Shown here: positions 1 to 18,644 of the stretch, piece after piece
Layout: the number at the start of each line of letters is the position of its first letter
Numbering within the stretch: the first letter of the stretch is position 1
Source: an uncultured Gammaproteobacteria bacterium
GTDB lineage: Bacteria; Pseudomonadota; Gammaproteobacteria; UBA9214
NCBI GenBank assembly: GCA_963773065.1
Contig: CAVYZN010000032.1
Span: 64,001-128,000 of the forward strand
Reading direction: 5' to 3'
DNA length: 64,000 nucleotides
Position numbers and translations under genes: made by a program
Notes under the pieces: model-generated
What the model saw: the letters and a program-made list of their open reading frames with translations, nothing else
Database searches by the model: none
Told to the model about the DNA's origin: nothing

Positions 1-1579
<1,579 letters not shown>

Positions 1580-1676
1580 GTCATCGACAGCAAACTAACA
1601 TTCAAAGCCTATCTAAACTGTGAAATTGCCTATATACTGCAAATATTACTATTTAAACGGTATATAGGCCCTCTTT

Positions 1677-2955
1677 ATGCGTATAGACTTCAGGCTCACC
1701 AACTTCGGCTCGTTCCACGAAACCTAAACCTTGAGCATGGTTGGCGCTGCCGGCAAAGAGCACGAGGAAACTCATCTGTTTGCTTCGGGCACGACGCTGG
1801 CGCCACGGCTGTTGCGGTCCACTCATCGTGTACGGCCGAAACGCCGGTGGCAAGACGAATCTCGTACGCGCGTTTCAGTTTATGCAGGCCATGGTCTTGC
1901 AGTCGGCGACGCAAATTCAGGAAGGCTGCAGAAATTCAATGTGCAACCCTTCCTTTTTGGATCGGAAGAGAGCAAACAGCCGACTCAATTTGAAGTGAAC
2001 TTCATTGAAGACGGCGATGATAGGCGAGATTCGATACCAGTACGGCTGCAGCCTGACGCCCGAGCGGATTACGCAGGAATGGCCTTTCGCCGCGCCGAAG
2101 GGACGCAGCAAGCGACAATTCCATCGTGAGTACAAACCGGAACACAGGCAAGTACCAATGGGACTGGGGCGCATCGTTTGTTGGCCGCAGGAAGATTTGC
2201 GCGACAAAACGCGCGCCAACGGCTTGTTCTCGTCGACCGCCGTCCTGTTCAACAACGAGCAGCTACGCCCGTTTTTCAGATGGTTCCAGAATCGACTGGC
2301 CATCATTCCGGCAGACGCACTGATCAACCTGGAGCACACGTTGGGGATGTGCACCACGGATACCGGCAAGGCCGACGTCATCGCCTTTCTCTCGGCGCGG
2401 ACCTCTCCATCACTGACGTTGGTTTGGAAAAACAGCCGGTCAAAATGACGACCATCGTTTTCGATCTTATTGGTGCTCCGCAGCCGCCGAAGACCACGGA
2501 AGAAGAGGCCACGCGCGTGCGATTTCGTCATCGTTCGCGCGACGGACTTTCAGAACTCGAACTCGCTTCGAAGAAGAGTCGTCAGGGACGCAAAAACTTT
2601 TTGCATTGGACGGAACCATGGCTGGATGTCATGCGCAATCGGCGCGTGTTGGTGCTGGACGAGCTGGATCGCAGTTTACATCCACTGATCTGACGGCATC
2701 TGATCGAACGCTTCAACAATGATCGAACCAATCTGCTGAATGCGCAGCTCATTGCCAGCGCCGCACGATACCAGTCTGTTGGATAGGCACCGCTGCGGCG
2801 CGACCAGGTGCTGGTTCATCGAAAAAAACCGTCAGGAGGCGTCGCATCTATATTCGCTGGTCGAGTTCAGCCCGCGCAAGGAAATCTCTCTTGAGCGCGG
2901 CTATTTAATGAGACGTTACGGTGCCTTACCCATCGTTGGCAATCTGGATTTCTGA
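1677..2955 (+). pseudogene. RloA/AbiLi-like AAA_21 ATPase, heavily disrupted
   Basis: N-terminus MRIDFRLTNF, Walker A YGRNAGGKTN, Walker B VLVLDELDRSLHP, C-terminus WFIEK..LYSLVEF..YL..RYGALP; many stops and frameshifts. Confidence 0.75.
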
Positions 2956-2961
2956 GGCGTT

Positions 2962-3592
2962 ATGGCGCGCAGACTTGCGCGAAGCATCGGATGACACGGC
3001 AGTCGATTTCCGGCGACGGATTCGACAACGCGAACTCTACGACCGCCTGCTGATTGTCTGCGAGGGACTTACGGAGAATTTTACTTCGATGGCCTTGTTT
3101 TCTTTCTGGGTCGTCCAGCGCCAACATTCGAAGCAGCCAGAGCCGAAAAACGGACCGGTAGAAGTTGTTCGCTACGGCATCGGCTTAGCCGGGAAGCGCA
3201 CGAAACGGGCGACGCTTACCAGACGGCTTTACTGCGTTTTCGATCTGACCGCCCCATCAGAACGCCCTTGATCTGGCGGCTGCAACTCATCTGCGCAGAA
3301 CCTCTTTGACCCGGTCACCAGCAGCCGCTGTTTCGAAATCTGGTTGCGCCTGCACTTCGGCTACACCGACTGCGGATTTACCGCCGTCGGCAAGAAAACG
3401 GCCTGCGAAGTGGTGGAAGAAGATTTACGCAAGCACGAGCCCCGCTACCGCAAGGGCGCTGAAGGGCTGTTCGGCCTATTGTGCAACGGGTGCCCGATGC
3501 CGCAACCAACAGCCGCATGCTGGAGGTCAGTAACCAACGCACGGGCAGCAATAACCCGAGTTGCAACGTACATAACCTGGTGGATGATCTGA
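2962..3592 (+). pseudogene. RloB-like protein, disrupted
   Basis: LLIVCEGLTE, YCVFD, CFEIWLRLHF and NPS motifs in different frames directly after the AAA_21 ATPase. Confidence 0.7.
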
Positions 3593-3617
3593 TGACGCTG
3601 AAAGCGGACGTACCAAA

Positions 3618-6532
<2,915 letters not shown>

Positions 6533-6553
6533 ATCAACGAGGAGCACGCATCC

Positions 6554-6862
6554 ATGCACAATGCCCTGAAACTGGATGAATCGACCCTGGCCCGCTTTTG
6601 CGAGCGGCACCACATTTTTCGCCTGGCGCTGTTTGGCTCGCAACTGAAGGGCACCGCAGGACCGGACAGCGACATCGACCTGCTGGTGGAGTTCGAGCCG
6701 GAACATATCCCGGGCCTGCTGGGCATCGCCGGGATGGAGCTGGAGCTGTCGGAGATGTTGGGAGGCAGGAAGGTCGATCTGCGCACGGCGGGCGACCTGT
6801 CGCGCTATTTCCGTGACGAGGTGGTGCGCACGGCGGAGGTGCAGTATGCGCGTAGAGGATAG
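6554..6862 (+). CDS. Minimal nucleotidyltransferase (MntA-like antitoxin)
   Basis: [22 protein letters not shown] (GS-x10-DxD). Confidence 0.9.
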   Translation: MHNALKLDESTLARFCERHHIFRLALFGSQLKGTAGPDSDIDLLVEFEPEHIPGLLGIAGMELELSEMLGGRKVDLRTAGDLSRYFRDEVVRTAEVQYARRG

Positions 6863-7184
6863 CGTACGTGTCCGCCACATGGTCGAGGCGTGCGAAGCGG
6901 CGATCGGGTTTGTGGCCGGCCGCAGTCGTGCGGAACTGGACACGGACCTGATGCTGCTGTTTGCCATCGTTCGCGCGGTCGAAGTCATCGGTGAAGCCGC
7001 CGGCAGGATCTCGGAGGAGACTCGAGCGGCCCACGGCGACATTCCGTGGAACGCGATCATCGGCATGCGTAACCGTTTGGTGCATGCCTATTTCGAGATC
7101 GACAGAGACATCGTCTGGGTAGCAGTGACCGAGGAAATCCCCGCGTTGCTGGCCCAATTGCGGCCGCTGGCCGCTAACCAATAG
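6846..7184 (+). CDS. DUF86/HepT-like HEPN RNase toxin
   Basis: [21 protein letters not shown] (Rx4HxY); overlaps the MNT gene. Confidence 0.9.
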   Translation: MRVEDSVRVRHMVEACEAAIGFVAGRSRAELDTDLMLLFAIVRAVEVIGEAAGRISEETRAAHGDIPWNAIIGMRNRLVHAYFEIDRDIVWVAVTEEIPALLAQLRPLAANQ

Positions 7185-7193
7185 GGAATTCGC

Positions 7194-10540
<3,347 letters not shown>

Positions 10541-10577
10541 CGGCAGTCGGGTTCATTTTGGCCGAAGTAACGGCCGC

Positions 10578-11690
10578 TCAATACATGCGGTGCCGGAACA
10601 GCCAGCCGGCGAGGGTCAGGCTGGTGAGACCGATCACCGCCATGGGCCAGTACTGGTGGATGAGCAGCGCGTAGGAGCTCCCCTCGAGGAACACCCCGCG
10701 CAGCACGATCATGAAATAGCGCAGCGGATCGAGGTAGGTCAGCAGTTGCACCGCCTGCGGCATGTTTTCGATCGGAGTGGCGAAACCGGACAGAATGACG
10801 GCGGGCACCAGGAACAGGAAGGCGCCGAGCAGTCCCTGCTGCTGGGTGATGGAGAGCGAGGAGATCATCAGCCCGACGCCGATGGCGGAGAGCAGGAACA
10901 ATCCGAGGCCGAGATAGAGCGCGCCGACGCTGCCGCGCAGGGGGATTTCAAACCAGAGCATGGCCACCAGGATGATAATGCTGCCCTCGATGAGCCCGAT
11001 GAGCAGCCCCGGCAGGGACTTGCCGATCAGGATCTCCACCGGGCGCAGCGGCGTCACCAGCAACTGGTCGAAGGTGCCGGCCTCGCGCTCGCGCGCCACC
11101 GACAGGGCGGTGACCACCAGGGTGACCACCAGCGTCAGCAGTCCCACGATGCCGGGGATGATGAACCAGCGCGATGAGAGCGTCGGATTGAACCAGGCGC
11201 GCATTTCGAGACTGGCCGGGGCTGCCGCCGCCTGTCCGTGGCGCGCGGCCCAGTCCGCGTTGAAATCGATGACGATGCTGCGGGCATAGTTCAGCGCCAG
11301 CATCGCCGTGTTGGAGTTGCGCCCGTCCAGAATGATCTGCGCGGCGGCGCTGTCGCCGCGGGCGAGGTCGGCGCTGAAGCGCGAGTCGAGGCGCAGCACC
11401 ATCAGGGCCTGCCGGTTATCGATCAGCGGCGTAATCTCCCCGTCGTGATCCAATGTGGCGATGACGTGAAAGTGCGGCGAACCCTCGAACCGGCTGATGA
11501 ACTGCCGCGAGGCGCCGCCGCCGTCCTCATTGTAGACCGCTAGCGCGATATCGTTCAGGTCGAAGGTCGCCGCATAGCCGAAGATCACCAACTGGATGAT
11601 CGGCGGCCCGATCAGCACGAAGCGGCTGCGCTTGTCGCGCAGCACGGCCAGCAGTTCCTTGAGGGCGAGAGCCAGGATGCGCTTGAACAT
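10578..11690 (-). CDS. ABC-2 exporter permease (YbhR-like)
   Basis: Intact 370-aa ORF with AREREAGTFDQLLVTP and several TM helices. Confidence 0.9.
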   Translation of the reverse strand: MFKRILALALKELLAVLRDKRSRFVLIGPPIIQLVIFGYAATFDLNDIALAVYNEDGGGASRQFISRFEGSPHFHVIATLDHDGEITPLIDNRQALMVLRLDSRFSADLARGDSAAAQIILDGRNSNTAMLALNYARSIVIDFNADWAARHGQAAAAPASLEMRAWFNPTLSSRWFIIPGIVGLLTLVVTLVVTALSVAREREAGTFDQLLVTPLRPVEILIGKSLPGLLIGLIEGSIIILVAMLWFEIPLRGSVGALYLGLGLFLLSAIGVGLMISSLSITQQQGLLGAFLFLVPAVILSGFATPIENMPQAVQLLTYLDPLRYFMIVLRGVFLEGSSYALLIHQYWPMAVIGLTSLTLAGWLFRHRMY

Positions 11691-11705
11691 CGCCGGCTTC
11701 TCTCA

Positions 11706-11882
11706 GAGCCTGTGAAAATATCGACGGCCGTCGCGAGGGCGTCGATTGGCGTGCGAGGCAAGGCGCGCTGCGCGAAAACAAGGGAGTTTGGCGAGCCAAA
11801 TGACCGACGTTTTCGCGTGGCGCAACGCCGCCGCAGCCGCAAAGCGGCGTCCACAGCAGGCTGGCGATATTTTCACAGGCTC
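11706..11882. mobile_element. 177-bp non-autonomous MITE with IS5-like ends
   Basis: Perfect 18-bp terminal inverted repeat GAGCCTGTGAAAATATCG, flanked by TCA at 11703-11705 and 11883-11885. Confidence 0.85.
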
Positions 11883-13025
11883 TCAGTCCAGCCGCTTGCG
11901 CGCCTGGCGCCGCACCAGGGCGAAAAACACCAGCGCCATCAGCGCCAGGGCCGCGGCGTTCGGCAGCAGCACCGGCCAGATGTTCCCCGCCAGGAACAGG
12001 CTCTGCACGATGGCGACGAAATAGCGCGCCGGCACCAGGTGGGTGATGATCTGCACCGCGGCCGGCATGGAGCCGATGTCGAAGATGAAGCCGGAGAGGA
12101 TGAAGGCCGGCAGGAAGGTCACGATGATGGCGATCTGGCCGGCCACGAACTGGTTTTTCGCCACGATCGAGATCAACAGCCCCATGCCGAGCGCGACCAG
12201 CATGAACAGCGCCGAGGCGAGGAGCAGCAGCAGGAAGGAGCCGCGCAGCGGCACCTCAAACTGCCAGCGGGCCAGCGCCACGGTGAGCAGCATGCCACCC
12301 ATGCCGAGGATGAAATAGGGGATGAGCTTGCCGAGCAGAATTTCCCGGATGCGGATCGGCGTGACCATCAGCGCCTCCATGGTGCCCCGTTCCCATTCGC
12401 GGGCGATGACCAGCGAGGTCAGCAGCGCCCCGATCAGCGTCATGATGACAGCGATCAGTCCGGGCACCAGGAAATGGCGGCTGTAGAGATCCGGGTTGAA
12501 CCACACGCGCGGCTCGACCATCACCGGCGCCTCAAGTTCGCGACCGCGGGCGGCGGCGTACTGCTCCAGCCAGCTCTGCCACACTCCCTGGATGTAACCC
12601 TCGGTGATGCGCGCCTGGTTGGCGTTGACGCCATTGACGATGACCCCGATCGGCGCGTCGGCAAAGGCGAGCAGGCGGCGGCTGAAATCCTCGCGCAGCC
12701 ACACGATGCCTTCGACCTGCTGCGTGCGCAGCGCCTGCATAGCCGTCTGGATGTCCGGGTAGCGATAGGGGGTGAAATAGTCCGAGTGTTCGAAGGAACG
12801 CAGCAGTCCGCTGGTGTTGGTGTCCGGGTGATCGGCGACCAGGGCCACCGGAACGTGTTTGGCGTCGAGTGACACGCCATAACCGAACAGGAACAGCAGC
12901 ACCACCGGCATCACGAAGGCGATGGCGATGCTGGAGGGGTCGCGCAGTATCTGCAGAAATTCCTTGCGCACCATGCCGCGCAGCCGCCGGCTTGCGCCGC
13001 CGCGAGGCTCAGGCCGCCGGTTCAT
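11883..13025 (-). CDS. ABC-2 exporter permease (YbhS-like)
   Basis: KEFLQILRDPSS, AREWERGTMEAL. Confidence 0.9.
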   Translation of the reverse strand: MNRRPEPRGGASRRLRGMVRKEFLQILRDPSSIAIAFVMPVVLLFLFGYGVSLDAKHVPVALVADHPDTNTSGLLRSFEHSDYFTPYRYPDIQTAMQALRTQQVEGIVWLREDFSRRLLAFADAPIGVIVNGVNANQARITEGYIQGVWQSWLEQYAAARGRELEAPVMVEPRVWFNPDLYSRHFLVPGLIAVIMTLIGALLTSLVIAREWERGTMEALMVTPIRIREILLGKLIPYFILGMGGMLLTVALARWQFEVPLRGSFLLLLLASALFMLVALGMGLLISIVAKNQFVAGQIAIIVTFLPAFILSGFIFDIGSMPAAVQIITHLVPARYFVAIVQSLFLAGNIWPVLLPNAAALALMALVFFALVRRQARKRLD

Positions 13026-14775
13026 GGTGCACGGCCCGCGCTTCGATGAGCCCGATGAAGGCATCTTCCATGGTGGGATGCGGATGTGCGGGCGTGCGGA
13101 AGCGCCGTTTCATTTCCGCCGGCGTGCCCAGCGCCAGCACCTCGCCCTCCGCCATGATGACCAAGCGGTCGCAATAATTGGCCTCGTCCATGAAATGGGT
13201 GGTGACCAGCACGGTGACGCCGGACTCCGCCAGCGCATTGGTGCGTTCCCAGAACTCGCGCCGCGCGAGCGGGTCGACGCCGGAGGTGGGCTCGTCGAGA
13301 AACAGGATGTCCGGTTCGTGCATCAGGGCGGCGGCGAAGGCCAGGCGCTGCTTGAACCCGAGCGGCAGGTCGCCGCTGTTGCCCTCGGCATAGGGCTCCA
13401 GTTCGAAGGTATGCAGTGCCCAGCGCAGGCGCTCGGCGCGGGCGTCGCCGTCGAGGCCATAGGCGCTGGCGAAGAAGCGCAGGTTCTCCGCGACGGTCAG
13501 GTTGGCGTACAGGGAAAAGCGCTGCGCCATGTAGCCGAGCCGGCCGCGGGCCTGCGCAGCGGCATGGCGCAGGTCATGGCCGGCGACGGTGAGTTTCCCG
13601 GCGCTCGCCGGCAGCAGCCCGCAGAGCATGCGAAAGGTGGTGGACTTGCCCGCGCCGTTGGCGCCCAGCAGCCCGAAGATCTCGCCGCGGCGCACCGAAA
13701 AACTGACGCCTTTCACCGCAAGGAAGTCCCCGAAGCGGCGGTACACGTCCTGTACCTCGATGACCGTGTCATCGCCCGCCAGGACCGGCGGCCGGGCCTG
13801 GGGTAACGCCGCCACGCGGCCCGCCTCCCGGGGTGATTTGAGCCGCGCGATGAACGCGTCCTCGAAGCGCGGCGGCACGGCTTCGACCGGCTGGCCTTCG
13901 CTACCGAGCCGCAGGAACTCGGGCGGCTCGGCGGCGGGTTGCTCCAACACCACGCGCACCGCCTCCCCGTCGATGAGGGCATCGACCACGCCGGGCGTCT
14001 GGCCGATGCGATGCTGCAGGCGGCGCTTGCCGGCGCCCGTGGCCGCGATCCGCCAGGTCCGGCCCTGCATCGGTTCGCTGAACGCGGCGGGCGGGCCCTG
14101 GCCGAGCAGTTTCCCCCGGTGCAGCAGTATCACCTCATCGCAGCGCTCCGCCTCGTCCAGATAAGCCGTGCTGAGCAGCACGCTCATGCGCTCCTCGCGC
14201 ACCAGGCGGTAGACGATCTGCCAGAGTTCGCGGCGGGAAACGGGGTCCACCCCGACCGTGGGTTCATCGAGCAGCAGCAGGCGCGGCGGGTTGACCAGGG
14301 TGCAGGCCAAACCGAGCTTTTGTTTCATGCCGCCGGAGAGCCGGCCGGCCAGACGCCGGGTGAAGGGACCCAGGCCGGTCATGCGCATCAATTGCTCGTA
14401 GCGCTCCGGCCGCCGCACCTCGGGGAGGCCCTGCAGGTCGGCGTAGAAATCCAGGTTTTCCTGCACGCTGAGATCCTCGTACAGGCCGAAGCGCTGCGGC
14501 ATGTAACCGAGGGCGGACTGGGCCGCGAGGGGTTGCGCGACGACATCGATGCCGAGCGCGCGTATCGCCCCGCGATCCGGCAGCAGCAGCCCGGCGGCGA
14601 GGCGCATCAGCGTGGTTTTGCCGGCGCCGTCGGGACCGATCAGGCCGGTGACCGTGGCCGCGTGGATCCGCAGATCGAGCGCGTCGAGCGCGGTAACCGT
14701 GCGGCTGCCGATGCGAAAGGTCCGCGTCACGCCGGACAGGGACAGGGCCGGCGTAGCGTCACCGGGTGCGCCCAC
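13009..14775 (-). CDS. Double ABC ATPase (YbhF-like)
   Basis: Two Walker A motifs (GPDGAGKT, GANGAGKS), LSGG signature, two LDEPT motifs. Confidence 0.92.
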   Translation of the reverse strand: MGAPGDATPALSLSGVTRTFRIGSRTVTALDALDLRIHAATVTGLIGPDGAGKTTLMRLAAGLLLPDRGAIRALGIDVVAQPLAAQSALGYMPQRFGLYEDLSVQENLDFYADLQGLPEVRRPERYEQLMRMTGLGPFTRRLAGRLSGGMKQKLGLACTLVNPPRLLLLDEPTVGVDPVSRRELWQIVYRLVREERMSVLLSTAYLDEAERCDEVILLHRGKLLGQGPPAAFSEPMQGRTWRIAATGAGKRRLQHRIGQTPGVVDALIDGEAVRVVLEQPAAEPPEFLRLGSEGQPVEAVPPRFEDAFIARLKSPREAGRVAALPQARPPVLAGDDTVIEVQDVYRRFGDFLAVKGVSFSVRRGEIFGLLGANGAGKSTTFRMLCGLLPASAGKLTVAGHDLRHAAAQARGRLGYMAQRFSLYANLTVAENLRFFASAYGLDGDARAERLRWALHTFELEPYAEGNSGDLPLGFKQRLAFAAALMHEPDILFLDEPTSGVDPLARREFWERTNALAESGVTVLVTTHFMDEANYCDRLVIMAEGEVLALGTPAEMKRRFRTPAHPHPTMEDAFIGLIEARAVHHEPAA

Positions 14776-14776
14776 G

Positions 14777-15820
14777 TCAGTTCTCTCCGCAGCGGTCTTT
14801 GTCCGGCGGTGCGCCGGCGGCCGGCTGGTCGAGCGCGATGGCGACCGTGACCGGCATGCCCAGACGCAGTTCGGCGGCGGGATTGCAGGCATAGATGCGG
14901 AGCTGATAGACCAGGCGCGTGCGCAGTTCCGGGGATTCGACGTTTTTCGGAGTGAATTCGGCCGTGGGCGAGATATAGCCGACCCAGCCGGCGTAGGTCT
15001 TTGCGGGGTAGCTGTCGGAGCGGATCTCCGCCTTCATGCCTGGGGCGATCTTGCCCAGGTCGGGCTCGGGCAGCCAGGCGCGCACCCAGACCGGGTCGAT
15101 GAGCGCCAGCGTGAGCACCGGCGTCTGCGGCGTTGCCATGTCGCCGGGTTCGAGTATCCGGTCGCGCACGATGCCCTCGGCCGGTGCGTACAGGACGGTG
15201 TCGGCCAGCCGTTCTTCCGCCAGCGACAGGGCGGCGCGGCGCGCTTCGAGTTCGGCCCGGGCCTGTTCGATGTCCTCGCGCCGCGGCCCGGCCAGCGCCA
15301 GCGCCAGCGTGGCCTCGACGGCGCTCGCCTGCGCCGCGGCGGAATCGGCCGCCGCCCGCGCCAGGTCCACGGATTCCGGCGAAGTGAGTTTTTTCGCGAG
15401 CAACGCCCGCTGCCGCGCATGCGTGTCGCGCGCGGCCTGCGCCTGCGCCTTGGAGGCCGCGACATCGGCGCGCGCCTTGGCGATTTCCTCCGGCCGGCTG
15501 CCGGCCTCGAGCCTTGCCAGGGCCTGTGCCTGCGCCGCCGCCATGGCCTGGGCCTCATTCACCGCCGCCTTGAGGCGCGGCTGGTGCAAACGCGCCACGA
15601 CCTGGCCCCGGCCGACCTGGTCGCCTTCCCGCACCTGGATCGCTTCGATGTGCTCGCTCTCGTTGAAGGCGAGTTGCACCTCGCGGATATCCACGTTGCC
15701 ATACAGCGTTATCCGGTTGGCGGCCGACTCTTCGGTGCCGTTCAGCCACCACCAATAGGCGCCAGCACCGGCCGCGAGGATGACCAGCACCAGCGGGATG
15801 AGTTTTTTATTCCTGTTCAT
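14777..15820 (-). CDS. HlyD-family membrane fusion protein (YbhG-like)
   Basis: N-terminal TM segment, LYGNVDIREV, AEFTPKNVES. Confidence 0.9.
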   Translation of the reverse strand: MNRNKKLIPLVLVILAAGAGAYWWWLNGTEESAANRITLYGNVDIREVQLAFNESEHIEAIQVREGDQVGRGQVVARLHQPRLKAAVNEAQAMAAAQAQALARLEAGSRPEEIAKARADVAASKAQAQAARDTHARQRALLAKKLTSPESVDLARAAADSAAAQASAVEATLALALAGPRREDIEQARAELEARRAALSLAEERLADTVLYAPAEGIVRDRILEPGDMATPQTPVLTLALIDPVWVRAWLPEPDLGKIAPGMKAEIRSDSYPAKTYAGWVGYISPTAEFTPKNVESPELRTRLVYQLRIYACNPAAELRLGMPVTVAIALDQPAAGAPPDKDRCGEN

Positions 15821-16104
15821 GGGAGCGGGCTGCGTTGCCTGGGTTCACAAGGGTTTTCTGGCAGTTGATGGACAGGCACTATTAAAAAGTGGTTATAGTG
15901 CACCACTCCATGGAACCTCGCCATAGAAACCTATTTAAGTCCATGACGGCCGGGCGCAATAACGCCGGCGTATTGCGCCGCAGGGAACGTCACCTGCGGC
16001 GAATTTCACTTTCGCTGATTCGCCCTCTGATATGAATGGCACTTACTTAAGCCGAAATGTTGGGAGAGCAGCGGCCGTAAAATGCGTGCGAGCTAACGGC
16101 CTTG

Positions 16105-16710
16105 TCAGGGCTGGCTGACTGGCGGCTGATAACTGACATTCTCATTCTCAATCACGACATACTGCCGCTGGCGCAATTGCTCGATCAGGCTCATCAACTC
16201 AGGTTCTCCAAGCGTTTTCATAAACAGCGCGTTGATCGTATTGGCCAGGGTTTTGACCTTGCGCGGCCGGGAGTGGCCACGGGCGGAAAGGCTTTTTTCG
16301 ATAGCGGCAATCTTCTCTTCGGATGATGTGGCGTTCGAGATTCTCAGCAAAGGTATTTCGGATAGATCCCTTACCCGCTGGGCAACTATCTTTCTTGCTT
16401 TTAGATGCTTGATGAGCGGATCGAAGCCGGTATCTTTCGAGATGATATGGAAGCAGGCATTGGGTTCACGTTCCGCCAACTGGCCGACATAGAATGCGAT
16501 GTGAAAATCCAGGGCATTGGAACCATTGCCGCCGATTTTCACGTACTCGGCATTACTGCCCAGCACTTGCAGCGATGCGGCGAGATCCAACGGCACCTTC
16601 GATTGACTGGCGCCGACGAAAACCAGCACCTTGAAGGGATGACCATTGAGAAGAGTCAGGTTCTTTGGCTGGACATTCTCGAAATCAATCAGGATGTAGT
16701 TGGTGTTCAA
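16105..16710 (-). CDS. PIN/NYN-like domain protein (cassette-type gene)
   Basis: TTG start after AAGAGGA; YILIDFENVQP, NALDFHIAFY, IISKDTGFDPL; forms the 3' half of the 386-aa ORF. Confidence 0.75.
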   Translation of the reverse strand: MNTNYILIDFENVQPKNLTLLNGHPFKVLVFVGASQSKVPLDLAASLQVLGSNAEYVKIGGNGSNALDFHIAFYVGQLAEREPNACFHIISKDTGFDPLIKHLKARKIVAQRVRDLSEIPLLRISNATSSEEKIAAIEKSLSARGHSRPRKVKTLANTINALFMKTLGEPELMSLIEQLRQRQYVVIENENVSYQPPVSQP

Positions 16711-16769
16711 GCGGTATCCTCTTTTTCTTTTCCAAGCGTTCGTAAAATAAATCTGTCCACATTTCATCT

Positions 16770-17265
16770 CTTTTCTTCTATTTGTTGTGGCCACGCCTGG
16801 CCAGTACTTCCAGAGTACAACAAAAGTGATGTAGTGCGTCACCAGCAACGCAGGAACCCAGAACGCGGGTATCCAATAGGCCGGACCCATATACGCCGAC
16901 GCTCCATAGAGCGTAGCCAGCGTTATAGCGGCGATCAGGTCTACCGTTCCCTCCACGTTGAAAATCCATACGAGCAGCCGGGCGCCGCGGGCATTTCTGA
17001 TCACGACCGGTATCGCGGCCAAGGCCAGCAGGGCGGCAAGCAGGTCTCCGAATGCCGCCGGATAGGCGAATCGCGGAGGGATACCCGCGTAGGTGGCACC
17101 AGGCGCGAGAAACATCAGTCCGAGGTGTCGAAACGCATGGAGCAGGAGAATCGGCGGTAGAACGACCTGCGGCTTGAGTTCCGGCAGTTTCGGCAGGAGG
17201 TAGATCCTGGCGGCAAGCCAGAACACGAATGTACTGAATAGAAGATTGACAGTGAGAATGTTCAT
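16770..17265 (-). CDS. Small multi-TM membrane protein, reading through in frame into the PIN gene
   Basis: Hydrophobic helices with LHAFRHLGLMFL and FGDLLAA; 3' boundary approximate. Confidence 0.6.
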
Positions 17266-17370
17266 CGAATAGCCCTTGCAGCGTTATTCACGCTTGAAAA
17301 GTGATCTGATCGGGGTAGCGGATGCCTCGCAACAACCCAGCCTGGTATAGCTCGCACGCAACGCATCGGA

Positions 17371-17976
17371 TCAAACCAGAGCCTGGGTGTCGCACTCGCT
17401 GCGCTCGCAAGACCGCTCGCGCGCATGCTTCATCGCATTCGCATACCACTCGAGTTCGGTCAGAAACCGGCTCGCGCGCCGCGGATAGTTGGCATCGACC
17501 GGTGTCCCGTCGTCCCCGAAGGCATCTTGTACGGCCGGAATCGGCAGGATGGAAGGAATACTCGCCATCCCCATCTCCGCCAGCATGGCGCGCAGCGTCA
17601 TCGCCGCGCGCACGCCACCGAAAGGACCCGCCGAATAGCAGACGATCGCCGAAGGTTTCCAGAAGTATTCCTCGAGAAAATGGTCCATAAGATTCGTGAG
17701 CGCCGGGGGCACGGTATGGTTGTACTCCCCCGAGACGACGATGTAGGCGTCCGCCGGAATGATGATGCGCGCCAGACTTTGCAGCACCTGGGGAGCCTCG
17801 TGCGGATCGTATTCCTTGTACATCTTGTCGAGCAGTGGCAAGGGATACTGCAGTGGATCGATCAAGGTGACTTCGTGCCCGCGTTCGCGGCATTGGTTGA
17901 CGATGAATCGCGCCGCTTTTATACCCTGTCGCGCCGAGCGAACGGAGCCGTAGAAGACGACGATGTTCAGGGGCAT
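17371..17976 (-). CDS. NADPH-dependent FMN reductase
   Basis: YGSVRSARQG, EYNH, YSAGPFGGVRA. Confidence 0.88.
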   Translation of the reverse strand: MPLNIVVFYGSVRSARQGIKAARFIVNQCRERGHEVTLIDPLQYPLPLLDKMYKEYDPHEAPQVLQSLARIIIPADAYIVVSGEYNHTVPPALTNLMDHFLEEYFWKPSAIVCYSAGPFGGVRAAMTLRAMLAEMGMASIPSILPIPAVQDAFGDDGTPVDANYPRRASRFLTELEWYANAMKHARERSCERSECDTQALV

Positions 17977-18119
17977 ATTCGTGACTCCTGCATGGAGGAT
18001 TGAAGCATACTCCTCTTGCGTTCCGGTTCAATCGGAGTGTGGGGGCGGCGCCAAGGCTCGTTTATTTTCCGAGTGTTGAGAAAATAAATCTGTCACCTAT
18101 TCCGGTTGTCAGATACCGG

Positions 18120-18449
18120 CTACTTGTCGCCGGTAATCGTTTGTTCTACTGACGGATCGGCCCATGGAGTGCCTTGGAGTCGAGACTGGTAGAAACGCTG
18201 ACAGTTCGCCAGGAATTCCTCTCGAACGGGGAGCGTGTCGTGAGGGTACGTCGGCTCTTCTTCGACCAATCGCCATAGCGCAACATCATTAAGCCAGCAT
18301 AATGAATGTCCTGTCTGCGACCGATGGTCGCGTATACCGTCTCGTAGCCGCTGCACTTCTTTTGCCAGGCGGGATATGACTGACACATCGCTGGAACAGT
18401 ACTCCGCAAGCTCGGAGTCGGCGATATAATCGTCTTTGTTTTGCGTCAT
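18120..18449 (-). CDS. Hypothetical protein
   Basis: 109-aa ORF with GAAGG RBS; followed by an attC R''-like box (ATCTGAC). Confidence 0.6.
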   Translation of the reverse strand: MTQNKDDYIADSELAEYCSSDVSVISRLAKEVQRLRDGIRDHRSQTGHSLCWLNDVALWRLVEEEPTYPHDTLPVREEFLANCQRFYQSRLQGTPWADPSVEQTITGDK

Positions 18450-18489
18450 GACGCCTTCCGTTCCTGTTTGAAAAACCCGGGCCAGAGAA

Positions 18490-18644
18490 GAATGGTACTT
18501 ACTTAAGGCAAGAGTCCGAATTTTTCGTCATTCCCGCGGAAGCGGGAATCCAGGAGGTTTCATGAATGTCTGGATTCCGGCTCTGCGCTGCGCTCCGGCC
18601 GGAATGACGGTTATGCAGAAGTTCCCCTTAAGTAAGTGCCATTC
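18490..18644. repeat. Nested palindromic element: outer GAATGGYACTTACTTAAG inverted repeats around an inner GTCATTCCCGCG-type REP doublet
   Basis: Outer arms 18490-18507 and 18627-18644; single outer arms also at 16034-16051 and 49163-49179. Confidence 0.8.

Noticed and set aside
11712-12872. 386-aa plus-strand ORF starting in the MITE as a transposase
   Set aside because: It is antisense to the ybhS-like gene, has no DDE motifs and extends far beyond the element.
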